A stretch of DNA of 64,000 nt from Alphaproteobacteria bacterium (GCA_017539265.1 JAFYHG010000018.1:8779-72778), one strand, 5' to 3'. Shown: positions 48,162 through 56,983, counted from the stretch's first letter. Notes: generated by a model not told the origin, from the letters alone. Made by a program: numbers and translations.

Positions 48162-49130
48162 TTATGGTGTTTTTTGTAATTTCTTAAATTGGTAAAATAC
48201 AGATGCCGGCGAAACACCGAAATAGTCGCCAATTTGTCTAAAACTCATTCCAGCTGTTTTCATTCGTACCAATTGTTTGCTATCCACTTTAAAGTCTTCC
48301 CAGCCTTTATTTTTAACTAAATCAAATTTTTTTATAACCCTGTAGATACTCGCTGGATGGGCATTTACCTTTTTTGCAATTTCTTTTCCCGAAACACCAG
48401 AAAAATACAATTTTTTTATAAGTTCTTCCTGCTTTCCCAACCGACTATTCAATTTAATTTGATCAGGTGTCCGGGTTAATCCCATTTTTTTAATTTCTTG
48501 TTCAAGAAGTTTATGAGAGCATCCTAATTTTTCTGCTATAAAGGAAATGGATCTTCCTTCAGCAAACATCTCTTTTATCTTATCCTTTTTAAGGTCTAAT
48601 TTCTTCAGTTTAGGTGCTTCTAAATTATGTAAAAGAATGAAATTATACAATGTTGAATAGCAAACATTATATTTTTGTGCAATGGCTTTTCTAGAGACAC
48701 CTTTTAATAATAGGTCTTGTATATCATCTTTATAGTGGTCTATTCTGGTCCAGTTATGGCGAGGTTCTGGTTTTAACCCCAATAATCTTTGTTCTTCTAA
48801 TGTTTTTTTGCCTTTTTTATAGACCTGTATACGATCAAGTGATGCGACATAAATACCGCTTTCTTTTTCAAATTTTATGAGTGTTCTGCGGCATATTTTC
48901 AATTTTTTACAGATATCTTCACGCGTTAGCCCTAATTTATAAAAATGTTTTATTTTTTCGGGATTAAGTTTTATTTCCCGAGTATGTGGTTCTCTTTTCC
49001 ACCCTAAATCTTTTAGATAATTACGAAGGGTAGAAAGACTTATATTCATACGATCCGCTATCCCGCCCAAGGAAAGGTCAGATTTGTAGAGTTCTTTTAA
49101 TTTGTCTATATCTAGTTCAATTTTGTTCAT
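48162..49130 (-). CDS. DNA-binding protein with six tandem helix-turn-helix modules
   Basis: Six units of the form [IL]K.[LM]Y..G.S...IA.K.......[LI]...[IL]KK..L, e.g. GVSGKEIAKKVNAHPASIYRVIKKF. Confidence 0.6.
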   Translation of the reverse strand: MNKIELDIDKLKELYKSDLSLGGIADRMNISLSTLRNYLKDLGWKREPHTREIKLNPEKIKHFYKLGLTREDICKKLKICRRTLIKFEKESGIYVASLDRIQVYKKGKKTLEEQRLLGLKPEPRHNWTRIDHYKDDIQDLLLKGVSRKAIAQKYNVCYSTLYNFILLHNLEAPKLKKLDLKKDKIKEMFAEGRSISFIAEKLGCSHKLLEQEIKKMGLTRTPDQIKLNSRLGKQEELIKKLYFSGVSGKEIAKKVNAHPASIYRVIKKFDLVKNKGWEDFKVDSKQLVRMKTAGMSFRQIGDYFGVSPASVFYQFKKLQKTP

Positions 49131-49146
49131 TTATGGGCGGATTTTC

Positions 49147-49174
49147 AAAAAAAGCGGAGTATTTCTACTCCGCT
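49147..49174 (-). terminator. Rho-independent terminator after the island adhesin
   Basis: On the minus strand, agcggagta-gaaa-tactccgct forms a 9-bp stem followed by ttttttt. Confidence 0.65.
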
Positions 49175-49234
49175 CACTTAAATTAACTAATAGGAAGGGA
49201 GACCGAGAAATCAGTCTCCCCGGAGTTCTTCGCA

Positions 49235-52200
49235 TTAGAATCCAAAAGTCACACCGACTTTGTAGGACACGCTGTCGTTGCCACCATAGGCAGCACCGGC
49301 GTTCAACAATGTCCGGTCGTTGAGATAATGGAATGCACCAACAGCCAAGGCTTGGTTGTTCTTGTATCCGCCCAAAGCCGCACTGACTTGCGTTTTGTGG
49401 ACATGATCCAGAGGAACAAGACCTGCCAAAGCGTTGTTAGCAGCTAACCCGTTTTCCATCTTGGTTTCTAACTTGTTGATACGGCGATCAACGCGGGCGA
49501 ATTCAGCACCCAAGTTATCATTCAAGTTGGTCAAGAGGTCAGAAATGCTTGACGGATCACCAACGGCTTGTGCACCAACAGCACCACCATTAGCTTGTTC
49601 TTTTCCTTTAAAGAACTTTAAGTTCTCTAAAGAAGACAAATCGCCAACAGTTTCATCAACGGCTTCAAAAGCAGATTCTGTAGCTGATTCTAACAATGCA
49701 ATTTGGTTATCTGTGTAAGTATTAGCATTGGCCTCAGCTGTATCAGCAGCACCATATGCATCATATGTATTAGCTGCAATAGCACCACTGATAGATGTAA
49801 TCTTACCATCTGTTTCAACGATGTTCAAAGACAAACCATCAGCACCTGCTGCTTGTGATACATTAGCATCTAAAGCATTAACTTTACCATCTGCGTAAGT
49901 CTTTGCATCAGCCAAAGCATTAGCAGCAGCACCATATGCATCATATGTATTAGCTGCAATAGCACCGCTGATAGCTGTAATCTTACCATCTGTTTGTGTA
50001 ATACTTAATGATAAGCCATCAGCACCGGCTGCTTGTGATACATTAGCATCCAAAGCATTAACTTTACCATCTGCGTAATTTTTGGCATTGGTTTCTGCTG
50101 TATTAGCATAACCTTTTGCTTGAGTATTCACATAAGTAACTGCTTCTGCAAGAGAACCAACCTGTTCGGTTGATACTTCTAAAGCGGTACGCATTGTATC
50201 CAGATTACCGACACGGCTATCAAGACCTTTGATTTGTCCATCTAAAACAATGTCAGCACCTGTCAATGTTGTTGCAGCTGTCAGGTAGTTTGTATCGGCG
50301 TATTCGTTGTTAACTGCATTCGAATTGGCCGAAGTAATACCCAATGTGTTATCAACCCATTGTTGTTTCTCGTTGAAGATAGCTTCTGCTTCTGTCCGTG
50401 TATAGACATCTGCGAGATTTGCTTTGTTAGCATCCAAAGCATCCAAAGCACCACGAACTGTTGTCGTTGAGCCTTCGCCTTGCTTTAACACAGAACCGTC
50501 TACAGCTTCTTCATCCGCATAGTTAACATCACCGATGGTGTCATTTGTGCCTTTGATTTGCGCATCCAAAACAATGTCAGCACCTGTCAAGGTTGTTGCA
50601 TCCGTCAGGTAGTTTGTGTCGGCGTATTCGTTGTTAACTGCATTCGCATTAGCCGAAGTAATACCCAATGTGTCATCAACCCATTGTTGTTTTTGTGCAA
50701 AGATAGCTTCTGCTTCGCTTCTGACACCGGCAACAGCCGTTGTAACAGCGGTATTAATCTTGCCATCAACAACTTTGCCCAATGAATCATCATAGGCCGC
50801 TACACTAGCCTCATGAGTAGCTGTATCAGTTGTGAAGTTAGTATTAGCTGTTTGCAATGATCCTTCCCAATTATTCAGGTTAGTTACTGTTGCTTGGTCA
50901 GTCGCCATGGTAGTAGCAATCTTATCCTTATTTGCAACGCTGTCATCATAGTAACCTTTTAATTCGGATTGTCTATTGGCCAGAGCCGTTACATCAGATT
51001 CGTAAGCATTAACTAGGTCTGCTTTGATACCTGCTGTAGTTGCATCATCTGCTGATACTGCTGTTCCATTTTTCTTTAAGACATAGCCATCTTCTGACGC
51101 TTCGATGGTATAATGGTCACCTGCAGTATTCGTCAATTCATAATTGGCAATATCAACACTTCCAGTTCCTGCGCTAGATGCAGTGATATCAAGTTTACCA
51201 CCTAAATCACTCGTCTGAACTGTATCTGTTAATTCTGCAACCGCTGTGCTACCTGCGACAGAAGTAGAATTACCATCTTTATCATATGTGACATATGTAT
51301 AATCATCGGCAGTCAGAGTACCACTATCATAGGACAGGTCGGCCACAGCAGAAATACCATCTACAGTAGCAGCTGCAGAAGTTGCAGTGTAATCTGCCGA
51401 TGTATAGGAAGCACCAGCGACTAAATCTGTGGGATTACCTTCTGGATCTGTAAAGCCATAATCCGCGGCATCCGGTGCATCACCAGGAGCGTTTGCAGAA
51501 ATGCTTGACACTTTATCAGACAATGTCTTCAAAGCAGTGTCCAAAGCGGTATCAGCACCCGTCAAGGTTGTTGCAGCTGTCAGGTAATTTGTTCCGGTGT
51601 ATTCGTCGTTAACTGCATTCGCATTAGCCGAAGTAATACCCAATGTGTTATCAACCCAGGTTTGCTTTTCGTTGAAGATAGCTTCTGCATTATCCCATAA
51701 TGTTCCCAAAGCGGTATCTGTATAGTTTTTCGCATAAGTCTTTGCATTTGCTTCAGCTGTATTCGCTTTCGTTGTTGCATCAGTAGCAGCGGCTGTAATC
51801 GCTTCGGATTTAGCAGTAGCAGCAGCACCATAAGCATCATATGTATTTGCAGCAATGCTACCAGAAATACCAGTAATCACACCATTTTCTTGAGTGATGC
51901 TCAAAGCCAATTGACCATTACCTGCGGCTGCAGCTTGAGTTTCTGTTGCATTCAAAGCATCAATTGCATCACCAACTGTTTTGCTCACAGAACCATCGCC
52001 TGTACCATTCAAGGTAGCAATAGCGCTCTCGTTTGTTGTGATTTTACCTACAAGAGTAGAAGTAATACCAGAGTTGACGGCAGCTAATTGTTCTGTTCCC
52101 AATTTTGCTTGGTATGTATTCGCCAAATCTAAAGCATCAATTGCATCACCAACTGTTTTGCTCACAGAACCATCGCCTGTACCATTCAAGGTAGCAATAG

Positions 52201-52726
52201 CATCTGCATTGGCTTTAACCTGTGTATCCAATAACTTATCTGCGCCAGCCATTGTTGTTGCGCCTGTCAGATAATTTGTACCGGTATACGCATTTGTTAC
52301 CCCAGTTGTTCCGGTGGATAAATCAACGCCCAATGTTTTCTGGGAAATGACACCACCTGTTAATTCTACAAAATCACCAACAGCAGTATTGACAACGGCA
52401 TAATCACCAGCATCTGAACTACCCGCTAGCAATTGTGCTAAAGCATCACGAGTGTATTTGGGGTGAGCCGCTGCAAAATCTGCATCAATGGTGTAATCTG
52501 TTCCACCAAGATTTGTAGTGTAGGTGTCTGTCCCCGTTGTGATGGCTGTATGAAAATTAGTTAAGTTTGTTGCAACTGAAGCAGTAGGGTCATAAGCCTC
52601 ATCTGCTGCCTTTGCACCTGTGGCAACGATTAAGCCCACTGCAAAGGCATTAAGCAGAAAACATTTCTTCAAAACACTACGGTATCTCGCAGAAAGTTCT
52701 CTGATTGTTGTTTTTGTATATTTCAT
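49235..52726 (-). CDS. trimeric autotransporter adhesin (YadA-like), island-borne
   Basis: Extended signal MKYTKTTIRELSARYRSVLKKCFLLNAFAVGLIVATGAKA. Long internal repeats. Anchor ...GAFHYLNDRTLLNAGAAYGGNDSVSYKVGVTFGF. Confidence 0.85.
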   Translation of the reverse strand: MKYTKTTIRELSARYRSVLKKCFLLNAFAVGLIVATGAKAADEAYDPTASVATNLTNFHTAITTGTDTYTTNLGGTDYTIDADFAAAHPKYTRDALAQLLAGSSDAGDYAVVNTAVGDFVELTGGVISQKTLGVDLSTGTTGVTNAYTGTNYLTGATTMAGADKLLDTQVKANADAIATLNGTGDGSVSKTVGDAIDALDLANTYQAKLGTEQLAAVNSGITSTLVGKITTNESAIATLNGTGDGSVSKTVGDAIDALNATETQAAAAGNGQLALSITQENGVITGISGSIAANTYDAYGAAATAKSEAITAAATDATTKANTAEANAKTYAKNYTDTALGTLWDNAEAIFNEKQTWVDNTLGITSANANAVNDEYTGTNYLTAATTLTGADTALDTALKTLSDKVSSISANAPGDAPDAADYGFTDPEGNPTDLVAGASYTSADYTATSAAATVDGISAVADLSYDSGTLTADDYTYVTYDKDGNSTSVAGSTAVAELTDTVQTSDLGGKLDITASSAGTGSVDIANYELTNTAGDHYTIEASEDGYVLKKNGTAVSADDATTAGIKADLVNAYESDVTALANRQSELKGYYDDSVANKDKIATTMATDQATVTNLNNWEGSLQTANTNFTTDTATHEASVAAYDDSLGKVVDGKINTAVTTAVAGVRSEAEAIFAQKQQWVDDTLGITSANANAVNNEYADTNYLTDATTLTGADIVLDAQIKGTNDTIGDVNYADEEAVDGSVLKQGEGSTTTVRGALDALDANKANLADVYTRTEAEAIFNEKQQWVDNTLGITSANSNAVNNEYADTNYLTAATTLTGADIVLDGQIKGLDSRVGNLDTMRTALEVSTEQVGSLAEAVTYVNTQAKGYANTAETNAKNYADGKVNALDANVSQAAGADGLSLSITQTDGKITAISGAIAANTYDAYGAAANALADAKTYADGKVNALDANVSQAAGADGLSLNIVETDGKITSISGAIAANTYDAYGAADTAEANANTYTDNQIALLESATESAFEAVDETVGDLSSLENLKFFKGKEQANGGAVGAQAVGDPSSISDLLTNLNDNLGAEFARVDRRINKLETKMENGLAANNALAGLVPLDHVHKTQVSAALGGYKNNQALAVGAFHYLNDRTLLNAGAAYGGNDSVSYKVGVTFGF

Positions 52727-53005
52727 TAACTATACCTTTCTTTTTAATATTAAAATTAAAGTTACGAGGAGTTCTCTTTTTCAAAACCCTCGTCCGTCAT
52801 CTTACACAAATGTTCCTTTATGAAATGATTTGAAGAAAAGTGATAAAAATAGCATACTTTTGTCTTATATATTATTGTATTTTCAATATGTTATATTCAA
52901 TTTTAATTTTTTTAAAAAAAATGTTAAAAAATGTTTGCAATTTAAGGAACTATTTTTTGCATATGAAATTATCGGCAATAAATAACTTTAACAAAAGGAT
53001 ACAAA

Positions 53006-53617
53006 ATGGCAACTATCGCATATATCAGGGTTAGCAGCGATAAACAAACCTGTTCTAACCAACACTTTACGATTAAAGAATACACAAAATCTCACAATAT
53101 CCACATTGATAAATGGGTTGAAGAGACTATTTCCAGCAAGAAACCTTTGGAAAAGCGGGAATTAGGCGTATTATTAAATAAAATGGATAAAGGCAGTTTA
53201 TTAATTGTAACGGAAATCAGCCGTCTTGCCCGTAATCTATACGAATTGGCGGGCATATTGCAAAATGCTATTAAGAACGACATTACTGTTATTAGTATCA
53301 AGGAAAACTATCAGTTCAAAAATGATATCCAGTCCAAAATTATGGCATATACTTTTGGGCTTGCCGCAGAAATTGAGCGTGATTTGATCTCAACCCGCAC
53401 TAAAATGTCATTGGATAAATTAAAAAAGCAAAATGTTAAATTAGGCAGACCATTCGGGGCGGAGACAAAATGTTTAAAACTATCCAAAAACCGCAAGAAA
53501 ATAAGGGAATTATTAGGAAAAGGTGTCAGTCAGGCCAAAATATCCAAAATCCTTGGCGTCCACCCGACAACCATGTGCCGGTTCTTGAAACGAGTGGATG
53601 TGTCAACCTGTTCCTGA
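53006..53617 (+). CDS. serine recombinase (resolvase/invertase family)
   Basis: AYIRVSSDKQ catalytic serine region, SRLARN motif, C-terminal HTH GVSQAKISKILGVHPTTMCRFLKR. Confidence 0.85.
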   Translation: MATIAYIRVSSDKQTCSNQHFTIKEYTKSHNIHIDKWVEETISSKKPLEKRELGVLLNKMDKGSLLIVTEISRLARNLYELAGILQNAIKNDITVISIKENYQFKNDIQSKIMAYTFGLAAEIERDLISTRTKMSLDKLKKQNVKLGRPFGAETKCLKLSKNRKKIRELLGKGVSQAKISKILGVHPTTMCRFLKRVDVSTCS

Positions 53618-53767
53618 TGGGAATGTTCCTCGCCAAAAGGCGGCTAACCACTTTGTTTTTGATCTTGTATGACGGCATCAGGCAGTTTAATCCCACTTAT
53701 TATACAAAAGCCCTCTATTTTAATCCCAAATAAAAGGAATCTATTATCAAATTCACCTCTATAATAG

Positions 53768-53800
53768 TTCTATTTTATTTCTATTATAATTCTATTATAG
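53768..53800. repeat. three tandem AT-rich 11-mers (DUE-like)
   Basis: ttctattttat / ttctattataa / ttctattatag, head to tail. Confidence 0.6.
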
Positions 53801-53854
53801 GAACAAAAAACACCCAGATAGGCCTTGTGTTTATTGGCGTTTCTCAAATTGTAC

Positions 53855-54047
53855 CGAACATAACAGTCTCCGCTACCGAACATATGGGCACCGGGAGCGA
53901 ACATATGAGCATCGCTAGCGAACATAACAGTCTCCAAAATTGCCCAAACCGAACATATAAGCATCGCCCCCCTAAAAAACGAACATATCAACCTCTAGCG
54001 AATAATTTTTTTGTAAATCGGTGAAATCCATCATCGAGCGAATAAAT
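53855..54047. repeat. iteron-like direct repeats (CGAACATA core)
   Basis: Cores at 53855, 53877, 53898, 53919, 53950 and 53980, plus CGAATAA variants at 53999 and 54039. Spacing 21-22 or 30-31 bp. Confidence 0.6.
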
Positions 54048-54076
54048 ACCCCTGTAAATCAATTTTAGGAGGTTTT

Positions 54077-54589
54077 ATGAGTAAAAGTAAATCAGATTTG
54101 TCCCTCACAAAGCGTGTGTTGTTGGACTTTGTAAAATTTAAGACCCAAAACGGGCATCAATTCTTTGCGAGCAACGAGTATATTGCCAAAGGTTTAGATC
54201 TAACCGAGAATACTGCCAAGACATTTGTTAATGACCTTATAAGAGAAGGATACCTTTATAAAGAGATAGATAAGAGAGGCATGAGAATTTTATCCCTAAC
54301 CGGTAAGGAATACAAACCATTGTTTGAAGATTTGAGGAACTTTGATAAGAAAGTACTTAAAGAGGACAGAGATAACTTTCAAAGGGATAACAAATATTTG
54401 AACCAACAGTTAGAACAGGAAACAGCATATAAGGAACAACTATTAAACGAAAATACAGATTTAGTCCTTTCCAATGCTGAACTAACCCATCGTGTTCAGG
54501 AACTGGAAAAGAGAGTTACTGCTTTGGAGAACATCTTTTATAAAAATGGAATGACAAAGGAACAACTGGAGGATTTATTGAATAAATAA
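54077..54589 (+). CDS. winged-helix + coiled-coil protein, candidate Rep/regulator for the adjacent iterons
   Basis: SD aggagg. N-terminal wHTH-like FASNEYIAKGLDLTENTAKTFVNDLIREGYLYK. C-terminal heptad-rich segment. Confidence 0.45.
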   Translation: MSKSKSDLSLTKRVLLDFVKFKTQNGHQFFASNEYIAKGLDLTENTAKTFVNDLIREGYLYKEIDKRGMRILSLTGKEYKPLFEDLRNFDKKVLKEDRDNFQRDNKYLNQQLEQETAYKEQLLNENTDLVLSNAELTHRVQELEKRVTALENIFYKNGMTKEQLEDLLNK

Positions 54590-54628
54590 AAATGTGGGCA
54601 TGCTTTCAACCACACTTCATAAAAATAC

Positions 54629-54655
54629 ACCCTCAACTCTCGTTGAGGGTTTTTG
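54629..54655. terminator. bidirectional terminator hairpin between convergent genes
   Basis: accctcaac-tctc-gttgagggt forms a 9-bp stem with a T-run after it and an A-run before it. Confidence 0.55.
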
Positions 54656-55022
54656 CTTGTTTCTGTTGATCCAATGCCCAATCCAGAATCTGTTTCCTTC
54701 GTTCAAAGGCATTCTCTTTCGGGAACTTTTCTTCATAGCGGTCAAGCATAGCGTAAAGCAAAAGTGAAGCAAACGGATTCTTGTTAAATGCGGCATAATC
54801 CCTGGCAGTCCAACCTCTATAATCCATATAATTCGGATTTGCTCCATGTTCCAGCAGATATTCAACAACCGTCAAGTCACCCGATAGCATACAACAAACT
54901 TGAAGTATTGATGACAATTGAGTGTTTATCGGTTGATTGATATCATCCAGTAGCGACACAACATACTTAACATCCTCAATTGTATCTACAAATACTTCAT
55001 CTTTATCTTCCTGATTTTCCAT
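54633..55022 (-). CDS. ankyrin repeat protein
   Basis: LEHGANPNYMDYRGWTARDYAAFNKN repeat and a preceding degenerate repeat. Confidence 0.6.
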   Translation of the reverse strand: MENQEDKDEVFVDTIEDVKYVVSLLDDINQPINTQLSSILQVCCMLSGDLTVVEYLLEHGANPNYMDYRGWTARDYAAFNKNPFASLLLYAMLDRYEEKFPKENAFERRKQILDWALDQQKQAKTLNES

Positions 55023-55206
55023 TTTTTGCCTCCGTTCTTTTGAAATCTAGTAAAAATTTAGCAACTGCCTTTTGATATTCAACCTTTTCCGGTTCTAGTA
55101 ACTCTTCGTATATATCTAGCAATTTCTCCAAAGTATCCTTTAATTTATCTTCGGGCGTATGCCTTAAAGTGAACTGAACCGCTTTTAATAAAGACATTCC
55201 CAACAT
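55003..55206 (-). CDS. hypothetical small protein
   Basis: 67-aa ORF overlapping the ankyrin gene start. Preceded by a 24-codon mini-ORF (55207..55280) with SD aaaggag and a TAATG junction. Confidence 0.35.
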   Translation of the reverse strand: MLGMSLLKAVQFTLRHTPEDKLKDTLEKLLDIYEELLEPEKVEYQKAVAKFLLDFKRTEAKNGKSGR

Positions 55207-55448
55207 TATTGCTCCTTTTCATCTCTGATGATCTGCTCCATGCATATTTTCATGGCATTTAATATTCTTTCTGCTATCATTTTGACTCCTTTATTTTAAT
55301 TCAAGGATATTTATCGGGGCGATTTCAAAATGGAATCATTTTCAAAAAACGAATCCTTTTTGAGCCGATTTGGGGGATTTTAGATTATTTTTGAAGAAAT
55401 TCCCCGAAAAAACATTCAAAAAAATACCCCCCTTTTTCATTTTTTTTA

Positions 55449-55487
55449 CATCAATATCCATCAATATCGCCATTTTTACATCAATAT
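55449..55487. repeat. three phased CATCAATAT direct repeats
   Basis: Copies start at 55449, 55459 and 55479 (10 and 20 bp apart), in an A-tract-rich spacer upstream of 55607. Confidence 0.5.
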
Positions 55488-55606
55488 AGATTCCCTTCAA
55501 AAAAAAGTTATTGCGGCAATTTTATTTCTGGATATTCTTTTGCTTACCAATGCGGGGTGGTCTCGCAAAGGTGCCAACAATCTAACGAAAAGAAAGGAAA
55601 TTAAAA

Positions 55607-56113
55607 ATGTTAGAAAATACAGAAAATCAAACCATGGAATCCTTTATGAGTTCCTTTGGGATTGTTCCCATGACAACCATTAAGGATGAAGGATTGCTTT
55701 CATTCGACAATTGCAAAGACAGAATTCTGAAAATGATTGAATTAAATATTCAGAACTTTAAGAACAATCTTTGGAACGAGAGAAATTACATGATGAAGAT
55801 GCTGGTTGACCTTGATCCAAAGCGTAATAAATCCATTTGCACAGTCCGTTTAGGCGGCAAAAGGGTTTATAAATGCAATTGTGAAACCTTAAACACACCG
55901 AGAAAAGTTGAATTTTTAACCAAGTTCTATGAAGGCGTTTCCAGAGGGTTCTTGGATAAAAAGATTACGGAATTCTGTGAACGACAGGTTGCTTTGGCAG
56001 AAGACCGTAAGAAAATCCAACGGGAAAAGCGTAAAGCACAAAGAAAAGCAGATCGTGAAGCCTTAAAAAAGCAAGAGGCTGAAGTGCAATCACATCAGCC
56101 CCACATTGCTTGA
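55607..56113 (+). CDS. hypothetical protein with basic C-terminal tail
   Basis: SD aaagga. 168 aa. C-terminus KKIQREKRKAQRKADREALKKQ. Confidence 0.45.
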   Translation: MLENTENQTMESFMSSFGIVPMTTIKDEGLLSFDNCKDRILKMIELNIQNFKNNLWNERNYMMKMLVDLDPKRNKSICTVRLGGKRVYKCNCETLNTPRKVEFLTKFYEGVSRGFLDKKITEFCERQVALAEDRKKIQREKRKAQRKADREALKKQEAEVQSHQPHIA

Positions 56114-56179
56114 TTATTTAACAGAGAGTGGAAAACTGGAACTTTTTCACTCTCATAACCTAACAAAAGGAATTATACT

Positions 56180-56341
56180 ATGACTGAAATTAAAAGTCAA
56201 ATAAAAATGCGTGATGTATTGCGGCAACTCCATCAACCGGAAGAGGTCTACAGGGAATATCTTTATAGTTCTGAAGATGAGCAAAGATTTTTAGAACATG
56301 TTGTGGACACAATTTTAACCAAGGGCTATATGCCGGCATAA
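56180..56341 (+). CDS. possible 53-aa ORF (below the ORF-track cutoff)
   Basis: aaaaggaattatactATG. MTEIKSQIKMRDVLRQLHQPEEVYREYLYSSEDEQRF... Ends 15 nt before the next gene. Confidence 0.3.
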   Translation: MTEIKSQIKMRDVLRQLHQPEEVYREYLYSSEDEQRFLEHVVDTILTKGYMPA

Positions 56342-56356
56342 GAAAGGAGGTAAAAG

Positions 56357-56926
56357 ATGAAAAATATTGAAGAGATGACCTTAAAAGAGGCAATAGACGA
56401 ATTATCAGAAATGCTTTTGGATTACTTGCCGGACAATGATGATAACGACAGATTTGAGGAACTATATGAAAAAATTAGAGAAGAAGTAGATGATATAGAT
56501 GTTGATACAAAAGATTTTATAGCACATGTGGAGTTTTATCCACTTGATGGAGATGAGATATATGAAACAGACACCAATATTATCTCTGGAGATTTTTTTG
56601 ATTGGCGGCATTCAAGTGACTTTGGTCCGCCAGCAGAAGCATGGCTCGCGGTTTTTAATGCCAGTCAGTGTTCACTTCAAAAAAAGTGTGCAACTTATCC
56701 TTTGGAAAAGATTCAAAAAGAATTGACAGATGATGTGTTGCAAAAGGTCTTCAAGGGACATGGTTTAGTAGATTTTAGATACCTATTGGCAAATCCTCGT
56801 AAGGATGTCGTGGGATGGGCATTGAAGCACAAGTATGAACTTAATTTCAGAGGTATACCACCAGAGTTCATAGAGGAGCGTCAGGCAATTCCTGAACTAA
56901 AGGAACTTATCTTAAAGACCTTATAA
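56357..56926 (+). CDS. hypothetical acidic protein
   Basis: SD aaggagg. 189 aa. Asp/Glu-rich N-terminal half. Confidence 0.45.
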   Translation: MKNIEEMTLKEAIDELSEMLLDYLPDNDDNDRFEELYEKIREEVDDIDVDTKDFIAHVEFYPLDGDEIYETDTNIISGDFFDWRHSSDFGPPAEAWLAVFNASQCSLQKKCATYPLEKIQKELTDDVLQKVFKGHGLVDFRYLLANPRKDVVGWALKHKYELNFRGIPPEFIEERQAIPELKELILKTL

Positions 56927-56969
56927 AAAAACAGAGCAAATTCCATAAAGGGCTTGACATTTGCGACCT

Positions 56970-56983
56970 GATCTGATCAGATC
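56970..56983. promoter_or_regulatory. 14-bp perfect palindrome (candidate operator) in the integrase promoter region
   Basis: gatctgatcagatc lies 11 nt after a TTGACA at 56954-56959 and upstream of the ATG at 57007. Confidence 0.35.

Noticed and set aside
53770-53991. 73-aa minus-strand ORF with repeated HMF/GAHMF peptides.
   Set aside because: The periodic peptide is a by-product of the CGAACATATG iterons. It also spans the AT-rich 11-mers.
53855-54047. Possible CRISPR array.
   Set aside because: The repeats have only 8-9 bp cores at about 21-31 bp spacing with no 25-40 bp repeat/spacer structure, and no cas genes are nearby. An iteron interpretation fits better.
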